Part shown: in pieces, positions 16,474 through 25,960 of the stretch
Layout: each line of letters begins with the position of its first letter
Position numbering within the stretch: the first letter of the stretch is position 1
Assembly (NCBI GenBank): GCA_020633435.1
Contig: JACKDP010000001.1
Location: 1,353,001-1,417,000, forward strand
Length of the DNA stretch: 64,000 nt
Source of the DNA: Myxococcales bacterium
Lineage (GTDB): Bacteria > Myxococcota_A > Bradymonadia > UBA7976 > UBA1532
Direction: 5' to 3'
Program-made: the position numbers and the translations under genes
Notes under the pieces: generated by a model
What the model was told of the DNA's origin: nothing
Database searches by the model: none
The model's input: only the letters and a program-made list of their open reading frames with translations

Positions 16474-19400
16474 GGACGTCCCTCTCCCAGCGCCAGTCCG
16501 CTGTCGACAAGCTGGCCGCGGATGAAGTCGATGTCGACGCTGGCCCGCGCGTAGTCATCGGCGACGGCCCGGAGCGATCCCAGGAATGCCCTGACCTCGC
16601 CGCGCTCGTGGCAAGCGATGCCGGATCGCAGGCGAGCGAAGCTCTCCGGCGTGAACCAATCGGCGAGGAAGCCGAGGAGCTCCGTCAGTTCGCCGGGCCG
16701 CGTCAGACACCGGAGCGCCTCTCGGAGTCCGGCGATGCGGTGAAAGCTCTGTTCGAGCATCTGCCATCGACGAGTCAGGTGACGGTCGGCCAGCCGGCCG
16801 ACCTCGTCCATTTCCTCGCGAGAGAAGTCGAGTCGGTGGTGAGGTCGCGGGCGAAGGAAGTCCGTCAACCCCGCGTAGAGCGTCGAGCCAATGATCTCTC
16901 CCTGCACTTTCTCGACATTGAGGCTGGGGGCCACGTTCACCCTGCCGACGTGGTGAATCGGAAATGCCACCGCCTCAATGCACAGACGACGATGGTGACG
17001 ATTCACGATCGCCCAGACCATGTCAGAGCGCCTCGCTTCACGGCCATGGATGGTCGTGATGGTGTTGGGCGTCTCGCTCAACGCGCGATGGTTCAGGACG
17101 AAGGTACAGCCCCCGCGGTTCACCGACTCCTTCGCGGAGGCCAGCGGATCGGGTTGGGGCGCCGCGATGATCGGGCGCGTGACCGGATCGCCGTTCAGGA
17201 GACCGACCGCACTGGTCAGCAGACGGGCGTAGGCCTCCCTCACGGTCTCGCCCGGAGCAGCAGGCTCCAGCCAATGCGGCATCTCGAGGTGCCCTGTGTG
17301 CTTCCGGGAGAGGTCGTAGTAGTAGTCTGGGAAACGCGCGCGGAGATGCGCGTTCTCGGCCGACCGGTCGGGCAAGACCAGCTCCTCCCGCAGACTCCGC
17401 AGCCAGTGGATGTTGTGGAGCAGATCCACGAGCTGGACCCTCAGCCCGTTAAGGGGCGGGTTGGGAGACGAACCTTCGTAGGCCCCGAGCAGCACGTCGG
17501 TGCCTTGCGACCGAAAAGCAGGCAGCCAGGGCAGGTAGGCGTGAGCGCGGGCATCGACCCGCATGTCATCGTCCAGGACCCACCCGAACGAGCCGGGGTC
17601 GCTGGCAAGCAACGCGCCGAGGTATCGCTGCAGCATCGTCCGAGCCATCGCGATGCCGACCTTCCCCTGGGGCCGACTCAGGATGGCAGCGCCAAACCCA
17701 CCGGCGGCTGCGTCGAGGCGCTGCCGGGCCTCGTCGGCCACCGCGATCGCCAGACCCGCGCTCCGTGCCCACCGGACCACGACGTCGAGCTCGTCAGGCG
17801 GGCTGCAGTTGTCCAGAACGAGGACGGCGAGCCCTTGGAGCGTGTCGCTCGCGCCCAGTGAGGCCAGCCCATCCAGCAGCGCCCGGAGCATGGGGGGGTC
17901 CGAGGTGATCACGCCCACATAGAGTCGAAATCGCCGGTGAGGCGGTGCCTCGCCAAAGGCACCCGCGGCCGCGAGACGGGGTCCAGGGCGTCTCGACGAC
18001 TCCCCCAGCTTCGCTCGAAAGGTGGAGTAGCCGGCCATCTCCGGAAGCTGATCCTCCGTGAGCGCTCTCTGCATCAACGCCTGGAGGCCTGGATGTGCTG
18101 CGTGTCGGCACGCCAGGAACGTCCTGCGTGCCATGTGCTCGAAGCCGAGCGGAGTCCAGGGCCGGACGTCCGAGCCATAGTCGATCAGCTTCACGCCCGC
18201 CCTTGTGACGACTAGGTTCTTTGGATGGACGTTGTTGCAGACCACGCCGACGTCGCGGCACCCGTTGAGGAGGCCGATCAGGTCGGACTCGTAACCCCCT
18301 TCGTAGGGGGTGCTCGCTTCATAGTCGTAGGTGAGGACGGCCCACGGACCGTCCTCAATGACCTCATTGAGGGCGTAGAGCCCCGGCGCGCCCACCCACC
18401 GGCCGACTTGCGCCTGCAGGAAGTCCAGTTGGGACCGAGGCATTCGAGTCTTCCAGTAGTCGATGCACTTGTAGACCGTCTTCCCATCGGTGAAGACGAC
18501 AGCCTCGGAGCCGCAACCCAGCAGCCGAAGCTGCCCGAGCGAGCAACGTCGTCGCACCCGATGCTCGGCGGTCGAGACGCGCTCGCGCAGAGTCCAGCGA
18601 TCAAGTGCGTGGACCGTGGCCTGTTCGACATGCGCTCCGGCGAGCTGGCGGCCGTCGACGCTCGCGGCGCCGAGCCAGCCAAGAACGTCCATCGCTCGAG
18701 CGCCGCGTGGCGTTCGCTCGTTGCGCTCGGAGCCCGCCGCCAGCCACACCTCCGTCCCGGTCCGGGAGCTCGCCACCCAGGCGGAACAGACGCGCAACAA
18801 CTTGAGGTGGCTCTCTGCCGTCGATGGCCCGGCGGGCAGATCAGGCAGCGCAAGCAGCGCTCTGCCCAGCTCGTCGTCCTCGTGGTCAGGCGACACTCGG
18901 AAGCAGCCGGCGCCTGAGTCGCGCAGCAGCGCGGTGGCCTCTTCGATGACCGCTCGCGCGCCGGTTCGGGGGCCCCGCTCGAGCAACACGATGTCGAGCC
19001 CCACGAGGTTGTCGTCCCGCAAATCCGCGATCATGTGCACCGCATCGAGCAGCTCGTCGGGGTGGTCGTTGTTGGCGAACAGGCCCAGCACCAAGGCCTT
19101 CCTGGGCGCCTCGTCAGGCGGCAAGACGACCGGCATGTCGCTCGGCGGACACCAGCCAAAGAGCATCTCGGCCCGGTCCTGGAACGCCTGCCGCTGATCC
19201 GCGGTCATGCGCCCGACGTACTTGCGCCAGAACGCCGTGAGCCCCTCGAGCTTTGCCACGGACCCACGCGTGCTGAGCCGGGCTCGGTCGGCGTCGGCGT
19301 AGTGGTCTACCAGGGCACCCGAGACGGGCCCGTAGCGAACCGTGCCGAGCTCCGCGATACGGATGCACAGGTCCCTGTCCGTCGTGCTGCGAAGACCCTC

Positions 19401-19958
19401 GTCGAACCCGCCAGCGGCAAGCAGCACGGACAGCCGCACGAAGAGGCTGGAGCCCTGGATCCCCGGGTTGCCCGTCAGGAAGTCCTCTGCCCGCAGCGTC
19501 TCGGGTGCTTCACCGACCAGCGGGGCGGTGGTGTCGCTCTCGATGCGGCGGAGGCCAGACGCGACCATGTCGAGGTGATTGTTCTCGGCGAGGTCCAGAC
19601 ATCGCTCGAGGTAGTGAGGCGCCCAGGAATCATCGTCGTCGAGGATGGCGACGAAGGTCGCCTCCGGTGCACCCGACTCTCCGAGTACCACGTCCAGGCC
19701 GGTGTTCCAGCTACCGCTGGCCCCCGCCGACCGGGCGTTCTCCACGTAGGCGATCCTGCATCCCGGCAGCGCCAGGTCATGAAGAAGGTCGCGCACGGCA
19801 TGGCGCTGGCCATCCGTCGAGTCGTCGACCACGACCAGGAAGTCGGGCGTGCGTGTCTGGGCGCGCACCGATTGAAGCGCGCGGTCACGCAGCAGCCCGA
19901 GACGATCGCAGGTTGCGATGACGACGGCGATACGCAGCCGAGACGGCGGTTCACTCAC
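16470..19958 (-). CDS. large multidomain protein: N-terminal GT2 glycosyltransferase + protein-kinase-like domain + C-terminal GT-A-like domain
   Basis: N-terminus RIAVVIATCDR...FLVVVDDSTDG...AILDDDD (GT2 DxD). Middle K in TVYKC, HPKNLVV (catalytic-loop analog) and IDYGSD (DFG analog). C-terminus FRLYVGVITSD...VLVLDNCSPPDE...GWVLDDDMRVD. The stop overlaps the start of the next gene. Confidence 0.7.
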   Translation of the reverse strand: MSEPPSRLRIAVVIATCDRLGLLRDRALQSVRAQTRTPDFLVVVDDSTDGQRHAVRDLLHDLALPGCRIAYVENARSAGASGSWNTGLDVVLGESGAPEATFVAILDDDDSWAPHYLERCLDLAENNHLDMVASGLRRIESDTTAPLVGEAPETLRAEDFLTGNPGIQGSSLFVRLSVLLAAGGFDEGLRSTTDRDLCIRIAELGTVRYGPVSGALVDHYADADRARLSTRGSVAKLEGLTAFWRKYVGRMTADQRQAFQDRAEMLFGWCPPSDMPVVLPPDEAPRKALVLGLFANNDHPDELLDAVHMIADLRDDNLVGLDIVLLERGPRTGARAVIEEATALLRDSGAGCFRVSPDHEDDELGRALLALPDLPAGPSTAESHLKLLRVCSAWVASSRTGTEVWLAAGSERNERTPRGARAMDVLGWLGAASVDGRQLAGAHVEQATVHALDRWTLRERVSTAEHRVRRRCSLGQLRLLGCGSEAVVFTDGKTVYKCIDYWKTRMPRSQLDFLQAQVGRWVGAPGLYALNEVIEDGPWAVLTYDYEASTPYEGGYESDLIGLLNGCRDVGVVCNNVHPKNLVVTRAGVKLIDYGSDVRPWTPLGFEHMARRTFLACRHAAHPGLQALMQRALTEDQLPEMAGYSTFRAKLGESSRRPGPRLAAAGAFGEAPPHRRFRLYVGVITSDPPMLRALLDGLASLGASDTLQGLAVLVLDNCSPPDELDVVVRWARSAGLAIAVADEARQRLDAAAGGFGAAILSRPQGKVGIAMARTMLQRYLGALLASDPGSFGWVLDDDMRVDARAHAYLPWLPAFRSQGTDVLLGAYEGSSPNPPLNGLRVQLVDLLHNIHWLRSLREELVLPDRSAENAHLRARFPDYYYDLSRKHTGHLEMPHWLEPAAPGETVREAYARLLTSAVGLLNGDPVTRPIIAAPQPDPLASAKESVNRGGCTFVLNHRALSETPNTITTIHGREARRSDMVWAIVNRHHRRLCIEAVAFPIHHVGRVNVAPSLNVEKVQGEIIGSTLYAGLTDFLRPRPHHRLDFSREEMDEVGRLADRHLTRRWQMLEQSFHRIAGLREALRCLTRPGELTELLGFLADWFTPESFARLRSGIACHERGEVRAFLGSLRAVADDYARASVDIDFIRGQLVDSGLALGEGRP

Positions 19959-20169
19959 GACAACCTTCCGGACAAGGCGGTTCAGCGCTCCCTCGTAGCC
20001 CGAAGAGGCGATGCACGGGCTCGACGCTACCAGACCGATTGGACACTGGAAAGTGGTGAGAGCAGGGAGTCGACCGTGCCCCGTGCACTCAGCAGGGCGG
20101 CCACGCGTGGCCGTCGAATTCGCCGTGGCTGTATGCGACGCTGGCCTTCCCCCCGCCCCCGGAGGTGCG
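19959..20169. promoter_or_regulatory. divergent intergenic region between the 5-gene minus-strand operon and the P450 gene (promoters expected)
   Basis: A 211-bp non-coding gap between divergently oriented starts. The P450 has the RBS ggaggtg 5 nt before its ATG. Confidence 0.3.
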
Positions 20170-21636
20170 ATGCCCCGTCTCTTCGGCTTTGCCCGCCAGC
20201 CCTTGCCGGGTCCGCGCGCGCTGCCCCTCGTGGGGAAGCCGTGGCGGTTGTACCGCTTCCTCGATGATCCCGTCGGGGCGGTCCTGGCGTTGCATCGCCA
20301 GGGGGGTGAGCTGGCGGCGGTGGTGCGCGATGATCCGGCGCTGGTGGCGGTGTTTGGGCCCGCCGCGGTGCGGGCGGTGCTGAGCGAGCCGGCGCGGTTT
20401 CAGCACGATGAGGCCGTGTTTACCGGGCCGCCAGGGTCCAGGCTCGACCTGCTGCGCAACGCCATCATCGCGGTGAACGGGGAGGTGCATGGTCGGCACC
20501 GCCGGCTGATGCAGCCGGCCTTCGGGCGGGCGGCGATGGCGGGGTACGCCGAGGAGACGGCGGCGGTGGCGGAGGCGTGCCTCGCGAGCTGGCCGGTGGG
20601 GGGCGCGCCGGTGCGGGTGGACGCCCTCACCCGCGAGCTGGCCCTGTGCGTGGCGGTGCGCTGCTTCTATGGGATGGACGTCGTGGGCGGGGCGACCGAG
20701 CTGGGGCACCTGGCGGCGGAGCTGGTGGAGATCCTGACGGATCCGTTCACGATCCTGGCGCCCTTCAACCTGCCGGGCATGCCGTACCGGCGGGCGGTGC
20801 GGGTGGCGGACGCGCTGCTGGGTCGGCTGGCGGAGCTGGTGGAGCGCAAGCGCAGCGCGGGGCCGCCGCCGGCCGATGCCTTCGCGGATGCGCTGTCGCG
20901 GCTCATCCATACGACGGAGGCGGATGGCACCCGGCTGTCGGAGGCCGAGCTGCTGGCCGAGGCGACGACGCTGTTCGTGGCGGGGCATGAGACCATCGCC
21001 ATGACGCTCGCCTGGACGATCTTCCTGCTGGAGCAGCACCCCGACGTGCTCGAGGCCACGCTCGACGAGCTGGCGCCCGCGGGCGATGTCCCCCAGCCGA
21101 CCGGTCCGTGGGATGCCAGCCGCGCGCCGACGCTCGACCGCGTGATCAAGGAGAGCATGCGGGTCATGCCGTCGGTGCCGACGCTCTTCCTCCGGGTGTG
21201 CGGGGCGGGGGCCACGGTGGGCGGCGTCGAGCTGCCGGCGGGGGCCAACCTGCTGGTGAGCCCCCTGGCGGCCCATCGCGATCCGGCCATCTATTCGGAA
21301 CCAGACCGCTTTCTGCCCGACCGCTGGGTCGGCTTCACCCCGCCGGCCTTCAGCTACCTGCCCTTCGGGGCGGGGCCGCGGACCTGCGTCGGGGCCGCCT
21401 TCGCCCAGCAGGCGTTGCGGATTCTGCTGCCCATGATCCTGCGGCGCTTCCGGTTCGAGGTGCCCGACGGGGCCCACGTCTCGCGGCTCACGCGCGCCAA
21501 CATCCTGCTGTTCAAGCGGGGCCTGACGATGCGGGTGCTGCCGTTCGACCGTGTGCAGCGGGCGCCGGGGCGGGTGGTGGGCGATGTGCGCTCGCTGGTG
21601 GCGTTGCCGGGCCGAGGCGCGCTGGTTCCCGCGTGA
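20170..21636 (+). CDS. cytochrome P450 monooxygenase
   Basis: Heme-binding loop FGAGPRTCVGAAFA; I-helix-like ATTLFVAGHETIA; EXXR (ESMRVMP). Confidence 0.85.
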   Translation: MPRLFGFARQPLPGPRALPLVGKPWRLYRFLDDPVGAVLALHRQGGELAAVVRDDPALVAVFGPAAVRAVLSEPARFQHDEAVFTGPPGSRLDLLRNAIIAVNGEVHGRHRRLMQPAFGRAAMAGYAEETAAVAEACLASWPVGGAPVRVDALTRELALCVAVRCFYGMDVVGGATELGHLAAELVEILTDPFTILAPFNLPGMPYRRAVRVADALLGRLAELVERKRSAGPPPADAFADALSRLIHTTEADGTRLSEAELLAEATTLFVAGHETIAMTLAWTIFLLEQHPDVLEATLDELAPAGDVPQPTGPWDASRAPTLDRVIKESMRVMPSVPTLFLRVCGAGATVGGVELPAGANLLVSPLAAHRDPAIYSEPDRFLPDRWVGFTPPAFSYLPFGAGPRTCVGAAFAQQALRILLPMILRRFRFEVPDGAHVSRLTRANILLFKRGLTMRVLPFDRVQRAPGRVVGDVRSLVALPGRGALVPA

Positions 21637-21681
21637 CGCTGGGTGGGGACGGCTGGGCCGACCCGGTCGGGACCCGGTGGG

Positions 21682-22581
21682 TCAGGTGGGGCCGGCGTTG
21701 GAGCCCAGCATCCCAGCCATGCCATTCGCGGCGTAGATGCTCCGCGTCGCCTGGCCCAGGGCTTCGTTGTAGCCCGCGATGGCTTCGCCCATGCCGGTCT
21801 GGTCGGCGATGACGCGGAAGGGCTTCTCGCCGCCCGGGAGGTCGATGACATCGGCGACGATGCGGGCCACCATCTCCGGGGTCTGGGCCGGGTTGGTCTT
21901 CAGCCACTCGACCATGCCGGTCAGGGCGGGGCCGAGGGCGGCGGTCTCCGGGGCGTAGTCATCGCTCCGGTCGGCGGGGGTCAGCATGCCATCGAGGAAC
22001 GCCGTGGGCAGGGCGCCGGGCTCGACGATGACGGAGTCGACGCCGAAGCGGGCGAGCTCGGCGCGGTAGGCCTGGGCCATGGCCTCGAGGGCCCACTTGG
22101 AGGCGCAGTAGGTGCCGTAGAACGGAATGGCGACCCGGCCGATCAGGCTGGAGGTGTAGACGATGGTGCCGCCGCCCTGGCCTCGGAGCTGGGGCAGCGC
22201 CGCGCGCATCACGCGCTGGACGCCGTAGACGTTCACGTCGAACACGCGGTGCATCTCATCGGCGCTGAAGAGCTCCTGGATGCCGTAGGAGCCGACGCCC
22301 GCGTTGTTGAAGACGACGTCGAGGCCGCCCAGGGCCTCCAGCGTCGCGGCGAGGCCCGCGTCGACGCTGGCGTCGTCCGTGACGTCCAGCTCGATGACCG
22401 TGACGCCGCGGGCCTCGAGGGCGGCGGCGATCGCGCTGTTCTTGCCCCCGCGGCGGCGCATCGTCCCGGCGACCCGGTGTCCGCGGGCGGCCAGGAGCTC
22501 GCAGGTGGCGTGGCCGACGGCGCCGCTCGCGCCGGTGACCAGGACTCGCTTGAGGGAGGACGGCGGGGGGACGGCTTGCAT
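21682..22581 (-). CDS. short-chain dehydrogenase/reductase (SDR)
   Basis: VLVTGASGAVGHA (TGxxxGxG) and catalytic Y-x3-K (YCASK). Confidence 0.8.
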   Translation of the reverse strand: MQAVPPPSSLKRVLVTGASGAVGHATCELLAARGHRVAGTMRRRGGKNSAIAAALEARGVTVIELDVTDDASVDAGLAATLEALGGLDVVFNNAGVGSYGIQELFSADEMHRVFDVNVYGVQRVMRAALPQLRGQGGGTIVYTSSLIGRVAIPFYGTYCASKWALEAMAQAYRAELARFGVDSVIVEPGALPTAFLDGMLTPADRSDDYAPETAALGPALTGMVEWLKTNPAQTPEMVARIVADVIDLPGGEKPFRVIADQTGMGEAIAGYNEALGQATRSIYAANGMAGMLGSNAGPT

Positions 22582-22796
22582 GGGGCTCTCCTGGGCTGGG
22601 TACGGGCTGCGTCGAGCTCGCAGGTCGGTGTGCGGTTCAACGTAGGCGCTGGGGTCGCGGGCGTCCTGCCGGATCCTCTCCAATGCGTGCCCGATCCTGG
22701 GAGGCGCGCGTTCTGGTGGCCGGGTGCGTTCCGAGGGGACCGGAGGCGGCGAGGTTCAGGTAAGGTCACGGCACTCACCCCGACCCGGAGGGCCGC

Positions 22797-23150
22797 GTGC
22801 CTCGCTTCGTCGCCGTCTTCACCATGACCCAGGCAGACTTCGCTGCCTTTCGCGCCCTCCCGGCCGCCGAGCAGGCCGCCATCAACGAGGCCGGCCTGGC
22901 GGCGTGGGCCGACTGGCGGCACCGCAACGCGGCGGCGATCACCTCGGCCGACGTGATGGTCGGCAAGACCACGCGGGTGACGCGGTCGGGGATCTCCGCC
23001 GCCCACAACCCGATCGCTGGCTTCCTGATGGTGGAGGCGCCGGACGTGGCCTCGGCGGCGCGCCTCTTCGAGGATCACCCTCACCTCACCGTGTTTCCCG
23101 GCGATGGCATCGATGTCATGCCCGTCGTCTCGGATCCGCCCGAGGGGTGA
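22797..23150 (+). CDS. small YciI-like / stress-responsive alpha-beta-barrel family protein (hypothetical)
   Basis: 117 aa with non-degenerate composition: FVAVFTMTQAD...GFLMVEAPDVASAARLFEDHPHLTVFPGDGIDVMPV. Confidence 0.45.
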   Translation: MPRFVAVFTMTQADFAAFRALPAAEQAAINEAGLAAWADWRHRNAAAITSADVMVGKTTRVTRSGISAAHNPIAGFLMVEAPDVASAARLFEDHPHLTVFPGDGIDVMPVVSDPPEG

Positions 23151-23308
23151 GCCGGGCCGCGCCGGCAGCGTCGATGGCGTCGTCGCCCAGCAGGCACGCC
23201 CGCCCAGCCCCCTGGTTGGCAGGGACGCGCCGGCGACCTACCCTGCCGGCTGCGCTCCGCGAGGGCGACCGGCTTCGAGTGGGACCTCTGACCAGCAGGA
23301 GCTTGCGT

Positions 23309-23686
23309 ATGTCTGGCGTTCGCGTTCTGGGCCTCGTGCTGGCGGCGGTCGGCGTCGTGGCCGCCATCGCGCCGGGGTGGTTCGGCCCCCTCACGCGCTA
23401 CCCTCAGCCCCCCGCCGATGTCTTCGAGGTGGTCGAGAGTCGGGTGCGGGGCGGGATGATCCTCGGGGTGGGGCTCATCTTCCTCGCGGTGCCGGCGCTG
23501 CGGCCGTGGACCGTGAGCATCCCCGCGGCGATCCTCTGGTTCGTGGCGGGCGCCCTGATCGCGCGGCTGCTCGGCATCGCCGTCGACGGTGCGGTGCCGA
23601 AGCAGTGGCTCTGGGTGGCGGTCGAGGCCGGGCTGATGGGCATCCTGGGCGCCTGGCTCTGGCGGGCCGGCGGGCCCGCGGCCTGA
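23309..23686 (+). CDS. small integral membrane protein (3-4 TM helices; DUF4345-like)
   Basis: MSGVRVLGLVLAAVGVVAAIAPGWF...ILGVGLIFLAVPAL...AAILWFVAGALIARLLGIAV... Confidence 0.4.
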   Translation: MSGVRVLGLVLAAVGVVAAIAPGWFGPLTRYPQPPADVFEVVESRVRGGMILGVGLIFLAVPALRPWTVSIPAAILWFVAGALIARLLGIAVDGAVPKQWLWVAVEAGLMGILGAWLWRAGGPAA

Positions 23687-24030
23687 GCTCGCGGCCCCCG
23701 GAGGGGGGGCAGGGCCGGCCGGCGCGGCGGCAGGGTCAGCGCCGTCCTCGCCGTCGCGCGGCGGCTGTGGCCGGCTTCGCGGGCGAGGTGGGCGCGCGGC
23801 CGGGCTGGCGGGCGGCGCGGCCGACTGCTCCTCGGGGTACCGCGGCGCCGGGGGGGAGCCATCGGTGAATGGCCATGAGATTCAAGAGGTTGGACGCCGT
23901 CGGCCCGCCTCCGGCCGGCACAGCAGGAACAAAAAAGATCAACATCGTCAGAATTCCCTGGTCGAGCATATGTCGTCCCGGTACCTACATGTGCGTCGGG
24001 AGGCGTGGGGCCTCCTCCGGGGAGGCTTCC

Positions 24031-25206
24031 ATGCGTCTGATCTCGTCTCTGCTGCTCGCCGCCGCGCCGCTCGCGGCCCACGCTGACGTCCTGCGCTACG
24101 AGGGGATGCCGCTGTCGCGGACGGTCACCCTCAACTACAACGGCCGCAACATGGGCGTGCACGCCGGGCAGATGAACATCTCCCTGGATGGCGAGGCGGG
24201 CGCCGCCTTCTGCGTCGACCTGGATCACAACATCAGCTCGGGCCGCACGTACCTGGCCGACCCGGTCGCGGCCGAGGCGGAGTCGCCCTGGTGCGGCATC
24301 AACTACATCCTGGGCAACTTCTCCGCATCGTCGGCCGACCTCAGCGCGGCCATGCAGGTGGCCATCTGGGAGCTCAAGTACGGGGCCGCGCTGGCGCCCG
24401 TCGGTGGCGTGGTCGGGACGATCGCGGCTGGCATGCTGGACGCGGCGGAGGGCCAGTGCCCGCTCTTCTGCAACGATGAGCCCGTCTGGGATGTCATCGG
24501 CACCTTCAACGCGGACGGCACCCTGACGGTGCAGGTCACCCTTGGGCGCGACGGCGGGCCGGCAGTCGCCGGCGAGCAGCTGCTGGCGACGCCGTCCTCG
24601 GGGACGCTGCTGGCGCCGGCGAGCAGCGTGGCCACGACGGACCTCGACGGCCAGGCGACCTTTGTCGTCGACGTCCGCGACGCCGACCTGCCCCTCACGC
24701 TCGACATCGCGACCGTCGGCCGCGAAGTCGTCCGCCTGGTGGCGGTGCCCGCCAACGCTCAGCAGGAGCTGGTGAGCGTCATCGGCGAGTGCAGCTTCGA
24801 TCCGCAGTTCGCCTTCGACGCCGGCGCCTTCGGCGACCCCCACACCATCGGCTTCTGGAAGCACCAGGTGGAGGTGGCCCTCACCGGCCGCGGCCACGCC
24901 CAGGTGGACGCCGAGACCCTGGCCGGCTACCTGCCCATCAGCCTGTTCGGGGAGACGGTCGACTCCCTGGAGACGCTGCACGAGGTCCTCTGGCTCAAGA
25001 AGGCCTCGATGGAGCAGCGGGCGCTGCAGCAGTGCCTGGCGCTGCACCTGAACGTCGCGGCGGGCGAGGCCGGCTGGGCCACCGACGTGACCATCGGCGG
25101 CGAGACGCAGCGCATGTTCGCCTGGTGGGCCGACGCCCAGGCGGCCCTGGCCGCGGGCGACGCCGAGACGGCCAAGACCATCTGCGACGACTTCAACAAC
25201 CTCTGA
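24031..25206 (+). CDS. secreted protein with thioester-domain (TED)-like Cys/Gln motifs
   Basis: Signal peptide MRLISSLLLAAAPLAAHA. FCVD (compare [YF]C[VI][DE]) and MQVAIWEL (compare TQxA[IV]W). The upstream 150 bp is unusually AT-rich. Confidence 0.5.
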   Translation: MRLISSLLLAAAPLAAHADVLRYEGMPLSRTVTLNYNGRNMGVHAGQMNISLDGEAGAAFCVDLDHNISSGRTYLADPVAAEAESPWCGINYILGNFSASSADLSAAMQVAIWELKYGAALAPVGGVVGTIAAGMLDAAEGQCPLFCNDEPVWDVIGTFNADGTLTVQVTLGRDGGPAVAGEQLLATPSSGTLLAPASSVATTDLDGQATFVVDVRDADLPLTLDIATVGREVVRLVAVPANAQQELVSVIGECSFDPQFAFDAGAFGDPHTIGFWKHQVEVALTGRGHAQVDAETLAGYLPISLFGETVDSLETLHEVLWLKKASMEQRALQQCLALHLNVAAGEAGWATDVTIGGETQRMFAWWADAQAALAAGDAETAKTICDDFNNL

Positions 25207-25909
25207 TCCCGGCCCCGCCCTGCGCCAGCGCCCGGCGGTCCTGCACCGCCGCGAGGCGCATCGGCGCTCGAAACCTCCGCCCGTAGTACACCCGCAGCCC
25301 GAGGGCCATGGCCATCGTGGCGACCTGGAAGCCCGCCTGGGCAGCCGACGTGTCGGGGACGACCTGCAGCCCGCGCGCGACCACGAACAAGACGGTCCCG
25401 TGGACGGCGTTGAAGAGGCCGGCCACCGCGTCGAGGTGCCAGCTCAGCCACCAGCGCGGGTGCACGGGGCCCGGGCGGCGGGCGAACCGGATCATCGCCG
25501 TCCCGTAGACGAGCCCCACCCAGGCCAGCGTGACGGCCGCCGGATCGCCCTTCGCGAGGCCGGCGGCGAGGACGACGAGGCCCAGCCCCAGCAGCACGGG
25601 GCCACCCCGCCGCAGGAGCGGGCCGCGGAAGCGGTCGGGGTCGGCCTTGAAGCGGATGGCGTTGAAGGCCAGCGCGGCTACGGTGGTGACGCACGTCGCC
25701 AGGTAGACCAGCTGGACGACGTAGCCCGGGTCGAACGGCCGCGCGAAGAGGATGGGGGCGACGGAGAGGCTCGTGAGGACGAGCAGGGCCAGGCCAGCCC
25801 GCCCCGCGCGGCGGTGGCGGGCGCCGCCCTTCCGGGCCGTCAGCGCCGTCCAGTAGAGGGCCAGCGCCAGGCCGCCGAGGGCCATGTGGGTGAGGACGGC
25901 GGGTGACAT
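25193..25909 (-). CDS. integral membrane protein (hypothetical, ~7 TM)
   Basis: Multiple hydrophobic helices, e.g. LALALYWTALTA, LALLVLTSLSVAPILFA, VVQLVYLATCVTTVAALAF. Confidence 0.45.
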   Translation of the reverse strand: MSPAVLTHMALGGLALALYWTALTARKGGARHRRAGRAGLALLVLTSLSVAPILFARPFDPGYVVQLVYLATCVTTVAALAFNAIRFKADPDRFRGPLLRRGGPVLLGLGLVVLAAGLAKGDPAAVTLAWVGLVYGTAMIRFARRPGPVHPRWWLSWHLDAVAGLFNAVHGTVLFVVARGLQVVPDTSAAQAGFQVATMAMALGLRVYYGRRFRAPMRLAAVQDRRALAQGGAGIRGC

Positions 25910-25960
25910 GGGCGCACCTCCAGGCTAGGGTTACACGCGTAAAATAGCGGAGCGGTTTAC

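Noticed and set aside
24188-24526. Small ORFs (for example 24188..24526 +, 24291..24479 +) nested in the TED-like gene, and many 60-130-aa ORFs throughout
   Set aside because: These are alternate-frame overlaps inside well-supported longer genes, with degenerate composition.
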